A stretch of 63,596 bases of DNA, counting the filler, from Stramenopiles sp. TOSAG23-6 (Eukaryota): assembly GCA_900128565.1 (NCBI GenBank). It is 14 parts of 14 records of this genome, joined end to end, with 100 filler letters (N's around TTAATTAATTAA, not from the genome) between each part and the next. Parts side by side here need not be neighbours in the genome. Positions count along the whole stretch, not along the records: positions 1 to 6,375 come from LT636708.1; positions 6,476 to 12,850 come from LT636709.1; 12 more parts are not named here. The stretch is one strand, 5' to 3'. Below, piece by piece: positions 1 through 11,362 of the stretch. Positions within the stretch are counted from its first letter, which is position 1. Every line of letters begins with the position of its first letter. The notes under the pieces were generated by a model. It saw only the letters and a list, made by a program, of their open reading frames with translations, was not told the origin of the DNA and did not search any database. Made by a program: the position numbers and the translations under genes.

Positions 1-354
1 AGAAAGTATACCACACTAAATACAAATAGAAGGCTTCGTTGGGAGTCCTTAGTTCCGTCACTTTTCACATGTGTTATAACTGGTGGCTGTGCTGGTGGAG
101 TCGCAGCTGTTGCTACATCACCAATGGATGTTATAAGAACACGACTTCAGGTGAGTGAAGCTGCTAGTAGTAGTGTGTGGAAGGCAGGTAAAGGTGTCTT
201 TTTTGAAGCTGGGATTAAAGGGTTTTGGAAAGGTTGTGGGGCTAGAATGGCTGGTATGGTGCCTTCAACTGCTCTTTTAATTACAAGCTATGAATTATTG
301 AAACGATTGTGTCTAAAGGATGGATTCGACGATATAATTTTTAGAGATGATTGA
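1..354 (+). CDS. Mitochondrial carrier (SLC25) family protein, C-terminal part
   Basis: Open from base 1; carrier signature P-M-D-V-I-R-T-R-L-Q followed by GIKGFWKG..AR; stop TGA at 352-354. Confidence 0.85.
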   Translation, partial: RKYTTLNTNRRLRWESLVPSLFTCVITGGCAGGVAAVATSPMDVIRTRLQVSEAASSSVWKAGKGVFFEAGIKGFWKGCGARMAGMVPSTALLITSYELLKRLCLKDGFDDIIFRDD

Positions 355-596
355 TTATTGAATTAAGAACAGTTATTATGAATATTTTATAATATGGTAA
401 ATTTTCTATATTATTTTTATATATATATATATCGATTGCTAAATGGTTAGGGTTAGGGTTGGACCCGCGGGTCAACTTGAAACTATCAAAGAGCCACCAC
501 ACGAACCATTGACTTCCCCAATTCGAATTATTCCAATAATTCTGGTTCCGGACGATTACATTTTGAACTCCAGCAAATAATAATCATACATTCAAA

Positions 597-1052
597 ATGG
601 CAGGGAATAGTCAAAAGAAGAGAGCCAAGGGAAATGCTTTGTTCAAGCAAATATTTTCCATGACTTACCTTATAGTCAATGTCTTGTATATGTATAGTGA
701 AATTTTTAACATTGACTCAACCGTCCATTGGTTGCGCGTTATCTTCATTAGTGGTAGTTCCTGCGCATGTTTTTTCTTGACGTACTCTTCTCTGGAGCAA
801 TATATTTGGACAGATGCAATCAAAGGTTACACATTTGATTATGGGTGTATAGTGCTTTTTGTAGAGTTAACGTCATCATTGTTTTCATCATATTTCTTTT
901 ACCTTCTATTGGTTGTTCCTTCTTTTATCATGTACAAGTTAACTCGTATGTTGCTTAGCTATATTTTTACTCCTACGCAAGAGGAAAAAGCGTTGAACAA
1001 AGAACTGACAGATTCACGACACAAAAAGCGACAACGAAAATCAAGGCGATAG
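597..1052 (+). CDS. TMEM208: TMEM208/SND2-like SRP-independent targeting membrane protein
   Basis: 151 aa; MAGNSQKKRAKGN start, hydrophobic core with D...LF, YLLLVVP..YK, basic C-terminal tail. Confidence 0.7.
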   Translation: MAGNSQKKRAKGNALFKQIFSMTYLIVNVLYMYSEIFNIDSTVHWLRVIFISGSSCACFFLTYSSLEQYIWTDAIKGYTFDYGCIVLFVELTSSLFSSYFFYLLLVVPSFIMYKLTRMLLSYIFTPTQEEKALNKELTDSRHKKRQRKSRR

Positions 1053-1125
1053 TATGCCAGCTATAGTAGAAACTTAAACAAAAATGTTTATTATACAAAT
1101 CTCAAATAATACAAAAATAAAACAT

Positions 1126-3003
1126 CTAAAAATTTGCAAAGTCTTCACTTCTTCGTGCCCCGCGAGGACCAGGTATCTGTATGGGATCCTCATACGGAGA
1201 TCTATATTCATTTGTATCTGCTGCATTTTCCACATGCGATGGCATAGCTTTCTTTGCTCTCTCCATTTCAATGTTAGCAGCAGCAGCTTTTGCACGTCTA
1301 TGGCTTTCTTCTAACTCGGGCAGCCTATCCTCCTCTTTTTTAGTTGATCTGGCACTAATTCCACCATTGTTTCTTTTCCTCCTCCTTTTCCCTTTCCCAG
1401 CAGGACTTTTATCAGGTCCACCACCACCTACTAAATTTTTAAGTACATTTTCAGCTTTGGACCAATTTTTTGATGACTTAATCTTTGCCATAGTAGTAAC
1501 TAAGTGATCGCGAGTCTGTTTTGCCTTTATTGCAGAACGTTTTCGGTCTTCCAATAAAGCCGCTTTTTGTTGAAGCATTTTTTCTGTTCTTTTTCGTTTA
1601 GCATCAAGTGCTTGCTGTATTTGCTGTCGCTTAAATTCCGCAATCCTCTTTTGCCTTTCGACTGTAGCATGACGAGTAGCAATTTCCAAAGTTCTTCTTT
1701 CTGATTTGAGTTTATGTGCTCTCATTCTTTCCATTTTAACGCGTCTCATTAACTCATCGGCTTCAGCTTGTTTTTCTAATAATCCTTCGACTCGTTCTGC
1801 ATCTTCACGAATTGCATCCTCTAAAGCCATCTGTCTTCTACGATTATTCAATTCCACCAAACGTAATCGTTCTTCGTGTTCTTCTTTCTTTTCAAGCATT
1901 AATCTTTTTCGTTTTTCTTCATTTCTTTTTTCACGCATATAAAATTCCGCTTTTTTTCTAGCAGCTCGTTCACGATATTTTCTCTGATTCTCACTTTTAC
2001 GACGCTCCATTAATTCTCGCTTTTTTACTACTTCACGTTTACGTAATCTGCGTTGCTCTGCCATATAGCGTTCTCTTTTTTTACTTTGTTCTTCCATCTC
2101 CAAAAAACGCCGATGAATGGCGTCCTGTTGATCTTGTAATATAGCTTGTGTCTGTGCCTTATGCATTTTTGCCTTTTCAATGCGTTCTTCTTCCTTCTGA
2201 ATTGCTTCAATCTTTTGTTGTGCTCGTTTCCGCTTTAGCTCTTCCTGGAGTTGCTGTTCTTTAACAAAGTGCTCTCTTGCAAGCATTCGTCTTCGCATTT
2301 CGTCAGCCTCTTCCTGAGCTTTCTTCTTCAGCTCTTTTTCGCGTTTTAACTCTTCAGCGTGTTTTTTACGCTTCATTTTAAGTCGTTTTTCTTTTTCCAT
2401 ACGTGCCTTATCACGAAGCATTTTGTTGTGGTGTTCTTCCTGAATTTGTGCTACTTTCATTTCATATGCGAGCATTTGTTGTATCTCTCTTTGCTGACGA
2501 GCTTGCATTTTCTTGACGCGTTCTTGTTCTATCTGAATCATCTTTGACTTTTCTTTCTTAGCTTTTAGACGAATCATTCTCATCGCATCAGTTTCTTCCT
2601 CATCACTGTCACTCATACTACCACCCATTGCATTTGCCACCTTCTTCCATTCAGCTCTTGCTATATCCATGTAGTCGTGCCGTTGATTAGAAAAAGATTC
2701 ATGCCTCATTCTCTGAACTGCAGGATCAATTCCTGGACTCCAAAAACAATCAAAGTCACGAACTTTTAGTAGCTGTGGATCAATACCTTGGACAAGGCAA
2801 GCTTGTGCAGATCGTGGAGTTAGGAGTAAACGTGGTGGAGGTTTTCGATTAGGGTCATGAGCCTTCCATTCTGAAACTGTTTGAAACAAGTCTTCAATGT
2901 TGAGTCTCTTTCGTGTTTTACGAATTGATTTTCGAGGTTTTCCAGACAGCTTACTGCGTTCCTGCTCCCATGCTTCATCTTCTTCACTCTCTTTATCAGC
3001 CAT
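1126..3003 (-). CDS. Long coiled-coil protein of unknown function
   Basis: 625 aa uninterrupted ORF rich in E/K/R/Q; N-terminal LTPRSAQACLVQGIDP motif. Confidence 0.75.
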   Translation of the reverse strand: MADKESEEDEAWEQERSKLSGKPRKSIRKTRKRLNIEDLFQTVSEWKAHDPNRKPPPRLLLTPRSAQACLVQGIDPQLLKVRDFDCFWSPGIDPAVQRMRHESFSNQRHDYMDIARAEWKKVANAMGGSMSDSDEEETDAMRMIRLKAKKEKSKMIQIEQERVKKMQARQQREIQQMLAYEMKVAQIQEEHHNKMLRDKARMEKEKRLKMKRKKHAEELKREKELKKKAQEEADEMRRRMLAREHFVKEQQLQEELKRKRAQQKIEAIQKEEERIEKAKMHKAQTQAILQDQQDAIHRRFLEMEEQSKKRERYMAEQRRLRKREVVKKRELMERRKSENQRKYRERAARKKAEFYMREKRNEEKRKRLMLEKKEEHEERLRLVELNNRRRQMALEDAIREDAERVEGLLEKQAEADELMRRVKMERMRAHKLKSERRTLEIATRHATVERQKRIAEFKRQQIQQALDAKRKRTEKMLQQKAALLEDRKRSAIKAKQTRDHLVTTMAKIKSSKNWSKAENVLKNLVGGGGPDKSPAGKGKRRRKRNNGGISARSTKKEEDRLPELEESHRRAKAAAANIEMERAKKAMPSHVENAADTNEYRSPYEDPIQIPGPRGARRSEDFANF

Positions 3004-3309
3004 TGCTAAAGTTTATACAATGTAGAATTGCCGTGGATGTACCAATTGAAATTACTTACACACACAGTGTGACTAATACAACTACTGATGTTTTTTTCAA
3101 GTATCTTTCTTAGTCAAGTGAAACGGTAATAATCGTTACCCGGTAATAATAAATTCGGGCTAAAAAATTGTTCTAATTATTCTTTTTATTAAAGAGGTTT
3201 ATAATATATAAATCCCACTATAGTTTTGCATCATCAACACAAAGTTTAACCCACAAAGAAAAAACTAAGAAATATCGAAGTTGTTATCTGAAAAAAAAAC
3301 TTCTTAGGT

Positions 3310-5154
3310 TTAGGGCCTGTGTTTTCTTATTTTCATAATTTTACCAATACCAATAGTCTTCCCCTCGTCTCTCAATGTAAATCGACCCAGTTGTGGACAT
3401 TTTGCAAATGTTTCAATCGCAATACTTTGTTTCAATGAAATTTTGCACTTAATAACAGATTTAGACTTCACAAACATTGGCTTTCTTTTTGAGAATTTTT
3501 TAACTTTTAAATCCATTTCGCTCAATAATTCTTCAAAGGTACACTCTTCCGAAACAGTATGACAGTGAAGGATGCACTCATAACCTGATGTGATTAATTT
3601 ACGATGTTCCAATAATTCCAACACTTCAATAATTGCAATAAACTCGCGGCATGCTGGGGTAGGATCTTCAACAGAACTCAAAACAAAACCCTTATGAACA
3701 TCATTATCAGCAACACCCTTAAGTTTAACACGGACATTCTCTCCAGGTTTTGCAACATTACATTCCTTCATTACTTCACCACCATCGTCGACATACAACG
3801 AAATCACTTGAGTTTTTATGTTCATTGGCATAAGCATTAAGTCCATGCCACGCTTTAGTGTGCCACTTTCTATTTTACCCATTGCAATAACACCACGATC
3901 AAACATTTTGCCAAGAATTGGCATACGAAGACTTGCTTTTGGATCACGATTTGAAACTGGAATTTTATCCAATAATTCGATCAAAGAAGGTCCACGATAC
4001 CAAGGACATGTTTCTGCAGTCGCACGATCTTTCAAATTTTCTCCTGTCATGCCTGAGATAGGAACCCATTGAACATCACGCTTGAGACGAAATCCACATG
4101 AGTGTCTTAAAAATGGTTTCATTTTGGTTTGAATTTCTTCATATCGCGCTTTACTCCATTTAACAGTTTTTTCATCCATCTTATTAATTACAACAATAAG
4201 TTTATCAATACCTAATGTCTTTGCAAGCATAGCGTGTTCACGTGTTTGCCCAGCGCCATCAAAACCAGCCTCAAACTCACCACGACGAGCGGAAATGACA
4301 AGAATACCAACATCGGCCTGTGAAGCACCTTGAATCATATTTGGGACATAATTTTTATGGCCTGGGGCATCGAGAATAGTAAATCGCTTATTTTCAGTCT
4401 CAAATGAAGCACGACCAACTTCGACAGTCTTACCTTTTGCTCTTTCTTCCTCGTTTGTATCCATGATGAAGGCTAGAAACCAAGAATCACGATTTCGTTC
4501 TTTTGCTTCCCGTGTGAATTTGTCAATTACACGTTTATCCACCATACCTGTTTGGTATAATACGTTACCTGATATTGTACTTTTGCCAGCATCAACGTGG
4601 CCTATGAAGACAACGTTGAGGTGGTCACGAGGGTCTGAATCGTCTTCAATGATGATTTCTTTACGTACAGGTGTAGCTTTCTCTTTCTTTTTTTTCGCAA
4701 TTTTAACATCCTTCATTGTAGAGGTAACTTTGTCTACTTTACTTGGTGAAGGTGCTACGGGAGGAGATACATTGGTGGCAACCTTACTCTTGGGAGTAGG
4801 TTTTGGCGCAGCAGGTTTTGGTGCAGCAGCCTCGCCGGTGGGAGTAGGTTTTGGCACTGCAGGTTTTGGTGCAACAGGTTCTCCTCTCTTTAAAATTTTC
4901 GGTGGAGAATGTGTACTTTGCTGCTGAGGCTGTTGATATTGCTGTTGATAGGCATAGTTTGCTTGTTGACCATACTGCTGTTGATAGTGGCCACCGTAAC
5001 CACCGTTCTGGTCATACTGTTGGTTACCTTGTTGTTGATTGTAATATTGCTGCTGTTGCTGCTGGTAGTACGCCTGTTGAGCGTAGTACTGTTGCATTTG
5101 CTCTGGTGTGTATTGTTGGCTAGCATCTGCTTGATCTTCCCAAGAATCTGCCAT
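3310..5154 (-). CDS. SUP35: Eukaryotic peptide chain release factor GTP-binding subunit eRF3
   Basis: GHVDAGKST, GKTVEVGRA, DAPGHKNYVPNMI, NKMD, GRFTLRDEGKTI motifs; Q/Y/N/G-rich N-terminus. Confidence 0.97.
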   Translation of the reverse strand: MADSWEDQADASQQYTPEQMQQYYAQQAYYQQQQQQYYNQQQGNQQYDQNGGYGGHYQQQYGQQANYAYQQQYQQPQQQSTHSPPKILKRGEPVAPKPAVPKPTPTGEAAAPKPAAPKPTPKSKVATNVSPPVAPSPSKVDKVTSTMKDVKIAKKKKEKATPVRKEIIIEDDSDPRDHLNVVFIGHVDAGKSTISGNVLYQTGMVDKRVIDKFTREAKERNRDSWFLAFIMDTNEEERAKGKTVEVGRASFETENKRFTILDAPGHKNYVPNMIQGASQADVGILVISARRGEFEAGFDGAGQTREHAMLAKTLGIDKLIVVINKMDEKTVKWSKARYEEIQTKMKPFLRHSCGFRLKRDVQWVPISGMTGENLKDRATAETCPWYRGPSLIELLDKIPVSNRDPKASLRMPILGKMFDRGVIAMGKIESGTLKRGMDLMLMPMNIKTQVISLYVDDGGEVMKECNVAKPGENVRVKLKGVADNDVHKGFVLSSVEDPTPACREFIAIIEVLELLEHRKLITSGYECILHCHTVSEECTFEELLSEMDLKVKKFSKRKPMFVKSKSVIKCKISLKQSIAIETFAKCPQLGRFTLRDEGKTIGIGKIMKIRKHRP

Positions 5155-5522
5155 TATTTAAGCACGTTCCGCGCGATAGGGAATAGCTAATTGCTTATTA
5201 AAGCTACGCTTGATCCTCGTCACTGGTGGTCGTGTCCAAAAACCAGGTCCTGACTGGCTATTATTATTTTTCGGCCACGTGTATATATAGGCTAGGGTTA
5301 GGGCTTAAAAATTGAGGAGCAGGTCATCTCGATGTCATGTCAATCATCATTCACACACACACACATCATTTGATTGGACGAGATCCCGATCGAGATCATC
5401 ATTGCTCTCCTTTTGAAGTCGCCAGCAGACGACTTGAGAGAGAAGACGACAATCTATTTTGAATGAACTAGGGGCATACTTTGCTACAATATACAATTTG
5501 AGTTACTAGAAGACACAAACAT

Positions 5523-6318
5523 ATGCCATATGATTCAGATGTTGATGCTGCGTGGCAGAAAGTGTGGACTCACGCTAAAAGTGGTTTAAACAGTAATGTG
5601 GCAATCCCTTCATTTGACGATATCAAGTGTCTCTACTCTGCAGGTCTTCAAAACTTGGTGATATCAACATACTCTGAAAACTTGAAAGAGCTTCTCCGAT
5701 CTCGTGTAGTTCCAGATTTCTGGGCGCATTTCGATGCATTTGAACAATTGCGATGTGAGCCAAACAATGATGAAGAAGGGTATGAAAATGGCTATAGTGA
5801 ATCTTGTGTGTTTGAAACTGAACGAGCCCTTCCAGTGGCTATTAAATTTGCGTATAATTGGTTTTTGCGAATGAAATACATATCTGATCTACTCACGTCG
5901 CAAAATTGTACTTCTGCGAAAAATTCTAATTTACAATCAACTTTAGACCAAAAATTTTCTCTTTTATTTCGTGAAATACTTTTTCATTTGAAAATACGTG
6001 CTTTTCATGAAATTATATATTTATATTTTTCAAAGCAATTAATGTATCATGATAAATCTTTATCGAATCAGAAAACCCACAACAATAATGATTGGATGGA
6101 TGAATATGTTGCACATCTTGACGAGACACGTGTCGAAAATAGAGATATTAATGCTTTTCAAAAATCGGATTTTGTACAGTCAAAAGAAACTTTTCCAATA
6201 GTTTGTTTTCATATACGAGAAATGGGTTGGTTAGACATTGTGGAAGGGCCTTTAATGGATACTATATTTGAGTTGACAGAGACGAGGATTTTACAACCTT
6301 GTTTAGATTCTGGCTATT
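5523..6318 (+). CDS. ANAPC2: Probable anaphase-promoting complex subunit 2, first exon (gene truncated by contig end)
   Basis: LRSRVVPDFWAHF and later CFHIREMGWL resemble the APC2 N-terminus; ORF runs into a family intron at 6319. Confidence 0.5.
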
Positions 6319-6374
6319 GTATGTTTTATTTTTTTTCAAATTCGATTTTTTTTTCGTACGAAATTTTGTACCTA

Positions 6375-6475
6375 ANNNNNNNNNNNNNNNNNNNNNNNNN
6401 NNNNNNNNNNNNNNNNNNNTTAATTAATTAANNNNNNNNNNNNNNNNNNNNNNNNNNNNNNNNNNNNNNNNNNNN
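6375..6475. other. Artificial contig linker N-TTAATTAATTAA-N (recurs throughout the window)
   Basis: Identical all-frame-stop 12-mer between N runs at about 6420, 12895, 19368, 25836, 32300, 38763, 45209, 51655, 58100, 59209, 60317, 61425 and 62533. Confidence 0.97.
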
Positions 6476-6633
6476 TTTTTTTTATACAATTCAAAAAAAA
6501 AAAAAAAATGTGTATTTCCAAAAATATCAACAATTTTTTTTTTTAAATTCTATTTTTATTGTATCATTTTACCTTTTGTGTTGGATATATTCCGTCTACT
6601 ATACATACAAACCTGTTACAACTACTAAAACGA

Positions 6634-6885
6634 TTATAAAGCAGGTGTTAATTCTGTGTTTTTTTTCATACGGTGTTCTTTTGTACTTATTTTCGCCTCT
6701 GCCTGTCGAACGAGGTCAAGTTTTGCAGCATTGTCTAAATCGAACTGTCGTATTGCCTTATCTGCTTCGATCAGTGCTCTTTCTTTAGCTGCAATTTGTT
6801 GTTCAATGGTTCCAGATCCACCTTCTCCGCACTCACCTCTAGCAAAAATACCTCCCCATACAACTCCTATAATGTAAAATAACAT
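6634..6885 (-). CDS. Small hypothetical protein with hydrophobic N-terminus and short coiled coil
   Basis: 83 aa ORF with protein-like composition. Confidence 0.4.
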   Translation of the reverse strand: MLFYIIGVVWGGIFARGECGEGGSGTIEQQIAAKERALIEADKAIRQFDLDNAAKLDLVRQAEAKISTKEHRMKKNTELTPAL

Positions 6886-7572
6886 TGATTGTGAATTTGT
6901 TTTTCACAAATGGTAAAAAGGTAAGTATAACTTTGCTTCTCTTTTGTCAATTGTATAGACGCACAAGCAACTTATTGTTTAATTAAAAATCATAAAAGAA
7001 ACATAGAAAGACGTATTAAACGCCAAAGAGAAATTACTATAGATGAAAAGAAGTTATCATAAGTAAAGAAAAAAGACGTAAACACTGAAGAAAGTCATAC
7101 ACAATGAATACACAGTCATTGGCTTTCGAAGATGTCAAAAATCAATATAACTTACCCCATTGTGTCTGTAGATCTGTTTCAACGTTGCAACGTTGTTCCC
7201 AGTTCATCATTTCGGCAACAACATTAACTGGTTCCTTTTCACGCGGTGCTCCTTTACCATGTGGCATTGTCTTGAATCAACTCAATTAGAAAGTAGTTGA
7301 AGTTGAAGATTAACTCCAGAAAAGATGTGAGATAGATGAATGCTATATTTATTCATTGATAAGACGAAACCGAAGAAAAAACGGTGACTAACACTACCTG
7401 AAACAGTTTTGTTCCAAGAAAAACATCAACAGGTTTGCGCGGACAAAAAATAACCGTTTTTACGTTTTGTTTTTTTGGAAGATCTCTTTTTTCTTTTGTT
7501 GCAACTTGCAGATCTGTGTTACTACTTAGTATTTACTACTGACAGAAACAAGTCCAAATATTTCTACCTCAA

Positions 7573-8457
7573 ATGATGTTCCACAAAGTTAATTTTGCGT
7601 TCCAAACATTAATCCTGACGATCTGTGTATCTATTTCGATTGGTACAACGAATGTATCACCAGCAGGTACAAGCAATGTATCACAATATTCGTCTAATCC
7701 TAATGAAGCCCACCAAAATTTAGACCCAAACTGTCAACGCCTACCTTTATACACCAACGCCGTTATTGTTTGTATGCTCCCAAATATGTGCAAGGTAACA
7801 TGCGCTCGTGGATATGACGCAGATGGAGATGGTGATGGAAGTGACATATCCCAAAACTCCATGGATATAATATGTGGAGACAATGGTGAATGGAGCGGAA
7901 ACTTAAATTTCAAGTGTCAAGAGACAGTTTGCTCTGTTCCCCCTACAATCTACGACGCAGACGTCGACTGTGAGGTGTATAGTGGTAACGAACGTACATG
8001 TACATTGAAATGTAGAGACGAAAAAGAAAACGTTGGAGGTGATAAAAACGGTGAAACTACAGTCACGTGTAAAGGAAAAGGACCATGGGTGAAGACAACT
8101 GATTTTAAATGCGAAGAACCCGCTGGAATTTCATTCGCTATTTGGACAGGAGTCGCCATTGGTGTAATATTTGTTGCAACGTGTCTGATATTAAACTCAG
8201 GCAAACATATGCGAATGTTTACAACACTTCCAGACTTCGGTAGTGGATCATCGACATTCCATCGCTCAGCCAATTCTCGTCGAGAGAGAGAGACGAAGAA
8301 GAAACACAAGGGAAACCATCAAGACTCATCCGTAGCAACTCTGGAACTTGGAGGTAAAAATACAAGCATTGAAAGGGGCATAAGTAACCCATTGACATCT
8401 GCAGGTTTGGAAGCGGATTATGATCTACGAGGAGCATCGCGTGATGTCAAGTTATAA
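7573..8457 (+). CDS. Type I membrane protein with two Sushi/CCP-like Cys domains
   Basis: Signal peptide; C..C..GY..C...G.W....C repeated twice; TM segment FAIWTGVAIGVIFVATCLIL. Confidence 0.7.
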   Translation: MMFHKVNFAFQTLILTICVSISIGTTNVSPAGTSNVSQYSSNPNEAHQNLDPNCQRLPLYTNAVIVCMLPNMCKVTCARGYDADGDGDGSDISQNSMDIICGDNGEWSGNLNFKCQETVCSVPPTIYDADVDCEVYSGNERTCTLKCRDEKENVGGDKNGETTVTCKGKGPWVKTTDFKCEEPAGISFAIWTGVAIGVIFVATCLILNSGKHMRMFTTLPDFGSGSSTFHRSANSRRERETKKKHKGNHQDSSVATLELGGKNTSIERGISNPLTSAGLEADYDLRGASRDVKL

Positions 8458-8771
8458 TTAGATTTTTTTTGTGTTTCAAACAGTTGTGTGCCATTACAAA
8501 CTTTTTATTTTTATCTATATTTATCTAAATAGATAAAAATATACAAGCAAAATTTCGCACAACACACAAAAGGCAACATTTATATTATATTTATCATACA
8601 ATAAAAAACTAAAAATGTTTAACAGCAACTCTTACCATTATTTTTACCATTTGTTGTTTGTTGTTGTTTCTATTTTTTTTTAAATATTTTCTTTTAATCA
8701 TTTTTTTTTTGCTTTTTATTTAAATTAGGGTTAGTTAGCTAAGGCTACTACAATTTGTACAAATTTCGTAC

Positions 8772-9829
8772 CTAACGCTTTCTAAAACGTTTATCCTTCC
8801 CTTTTAATGATATTGGAGATAAATGGCCCAATGTAATTTGGAAAAATATTTCAAAAAAAAATCTAAAAAATTTGTTAGGTACAAAATTTAGTACGAAAAA
8901 AAAATCGAATTTGAAAAAAAATAAAACATACAGGAATCAGACCGTTTCCGTCCATGTTGATCTATTTCGTGAACTTTTGGTTCATTCTGAGTCAAATGAC
9001 TGGTAATATATTCCAAAGCTTTATCGACCTCATCAGTGAAAAATAAATCTTTCACATCATCTTTTGTAATTGTGCCAAATTCCTCCATGACATCCCAATT
9101 AATGACTTGAGCCCAGTATTCTTCACCAAAAAGAACTACAGGAATATTTTGCATTTTACCTACCTGAACTAAACGGAGAATCTCAAAGAGTTCATCCATT
9201 GTCCCCATGCCACCAGGGGCAACTACAAGAGCTTTGCAAGGTACAGCCATCCAAAATTTTCTAGTAAAAAAATAATGAAATTCGAATGCAAGCTCAGGTG
9301 TGACATATGCATTCAAACCTGGTTCAAATGGCAATTCTATACCCATTCCAACTGATTTAGATCCTTGTACCTCACTTGCACCATGATTCGCAGCTTCCAT
9401 CATACCAGGACCACCTCCAGTGCAAATACTATACGTCGGAAGTTCGGGGTTCTTTTCTCGGCGATCCGTGGACCACTGCGCAAGACCTCGAGCCAATCCG
9501 CGTACTTTTTCATAATAGCCACACATCCAAAAAGTTCGTGTTAGCCTCAAGAGATCTGCTTGCGCTTTAGTGCGTTCCTCATCTGTTAAATCTGAGCGTG
9601 CTAATTTAGCAGTAATCTCATCCGTTGATTTCTTATGTGCTGGAAAACTTTTACCACGAGCAGAAGCAAAAAAGAGAACAGTATTACTTACACCATTCTT
9701 CTCCAAACGTCCTTTTGGTTCTTGGTATTCGCAAAGAACACGAATTGGACGAGCAGAACGACTACAAAGAAAATCTTTACTCTTGTAAGCCTTTTCCCCT
9801 CTTGGAGGAGATTTCGTTGTTGAATTCAT
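8772..9829 (-). CDS. LOG-family nucleotide phosphoribohydrolase (lysine-decarboxylase-like); one intron 8831-8931
   Basis: TGGGPGMMEAAN, FHYFFTRK and PGGMGTMDE motifs; removing the intron gives tail SLGHLSP...KR*. Confidence 0.9.
8831..8931 (-). mobile_element. Introner-like intron, GT...AT
   Basis: GTATGTTTT...GTACCTAAC...CCAAATTAC-AT; removal leaves an open frame to TAG. Confidence 0.75.
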
Positions 9830-10090
9830 ATTGTGCTTGTGAATATGAAGAATCTGCAGTGTTTCTTCTTCGATTCTTTGTTTCTTCAGAGGTCGTGTGT
9901 ATGTGTGTCGTGTCGTCGTCTGTCGATGATGTTTTCTGATGTTTTATTTGTTTTGTTTTTTTTGACAAAAAAATCGAAATGAAACTGTCGGTTACTATAT
10001 TTATTTGTAATTATTGAATATACCGTATATGACTAGTAAAATCAGTCACATACGTAATACCAAAATAATATTACTACTACAACTACTAAA

Positions 10091-11152
10091 ATGTCTGTGC
10101 AAAATCCCAAACGAACAGAATATGAAGAAGACGTGTTTCAAAAGGTGTTTAGCGGCTTAGGCCCTGTCGTATTGATTACAAGCTATTTAAGTTTGAAGGA
10201 TAGACTCTCTGGAAGACTTGTCTCAAATGACAAAAGTCGACCTTGGTTGGTCGGTGTTGATTGGGGTAAGGTGACTTGTACTAAAACAGCTAAGAATGGC
10301 GACTTGGAATTTTTGAAGTGGTTACGAAGTAGAAAACCACCTTGTCCATGGGATGAAGATACATGCATTGAAGCAGCTCAAAAAGGTCAGTTAAAAGTAT
10401 TACAATGGTTGCGAAGTCAAAATCCACCTTGTCCGTGGGATGAAGAAACATGTAATGAAGCGGCTAGAAATGGTCATTTAAAAGTACTAAAATGGTTGAG
10501 ACTTCAAAAACCACCTTGTCCATGGAGTGTAGCTACGTGTTATTTGGCCGCTATGAACGGTCAGTTAAAAGTATTACAATGGTTACGAAGTTTTAAAATT
10601 CCTTGTCCTTGGGATGCAGATGCTTGTAGCTTTGCAGCTATGAATGGTCAGTTAAAAGTATTACAATGGTTACGAAATCAAAATCCACCTTGTCCATGGG
10701 ATGAAGATACTTGTGATTTTGCCGAGAATAAGGATCACTTGGAAGTATTACAATGGTTAAGAAGCCAAAATCCACCTTGTCCTTGGAACGAAAATGTCAT
10801 GTGTTATCGTGCAGCTCAAAATGGTCATTTAGAAATATTGAAATGGTTAAGAAGTCAAAAACCACCTTGTCCATGGAGTGGAGTCACGTGTAGGTCCGCA
10901 GCAGATAATGGTCACTTAGAAATATTAAAATGGGTAAGAAGTCAAAATCCACCTTGCCCTTGGGGTGTAAATACATGCAAATGGGCAATTATTAGTGGTC
11001 ACTTTGAAATATTGAAATGGGTAAGAAGTCAAAATCCACCATGTCCTTGGAATGAAGAAATTTGGGAATATGCAATTGAATGGGAGAGTCGGCGACCAGA
11101 AATAAAAGAATGGTTAAAAGAGGTAAAAGCACCAGGATATGATCAACATTAA
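10091..11152 (+). CDS. Ankyrin-like repeat protein with CPW repeats
   Basis: About 9 repeats of C..AA.NG(H/Q)L(E/K)(V/I)L(Q/K)WLRSQNPPCPW. Confidence 0.9.
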   Translation: MSVQNPKRTEYEEDVFQKVFSGLGPVVLITSYLSLKDRLSGRLVSNDKSRPWLVGVDWGKVTCTKTAKNGDLEFLKWLRSRKPPCPWDEDTCIEAAQKGQLKVLQWLRSQNPPCPWDEETCNEAARNGHLKVLKWLRLQKPPCPWSVATCYLAAMNGQLKVLQWLRSFKIPCPWDADACSFAAMNGQLKVLQWLRNQNPPCPWDEDTCDFAENKDHLEVLQWLRSQNPPCPWNENVMCYRAAQNGHLEILKWLRSQKPPCPWSGVTCRSAADNGHLEILKWVRSQNPPCPWGVNTCKWAIISGHFEILKWVRSQNPPCPWNEEIWEYAIEWESRRPEIKEWLKEVKAPGYDQH

Positions 11153-11362
11153 TAAAACAAAGTTAACGCTAACCCTAGTTACAATGTACATAAAAGGAAA
11201 GAAATCTGCTATTCCAAATAATTTCAGATATACTATAAAACCAAGATTGACTCTTTTATAAACAAAATATATTTGAAATAAATCACATATTAATGACTCT
11301 TTTATAAACAAAATACTTTGGTACCAAATTTCATACCAAAAAAAAAATACATTTGAAATAAA

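Noticed and set aside
4463-4927. Antisense or overlapping ORFs (for example 4463-4927, 1181-1507, 13332-13775, 62987-63508)
   Set aside because: These are shadow ORFs opposite well-supported genes, with no independent motifs.
6375-6475. Recurrent TTAATTAATTAA palindrome between N runs
   Set aside because: Identical all-frame-stop spacer between N runs: an artificial contig join. Gene adjacency across it is meaningless. Many contigs end inside the repeat element, as expected for assembly breaks.
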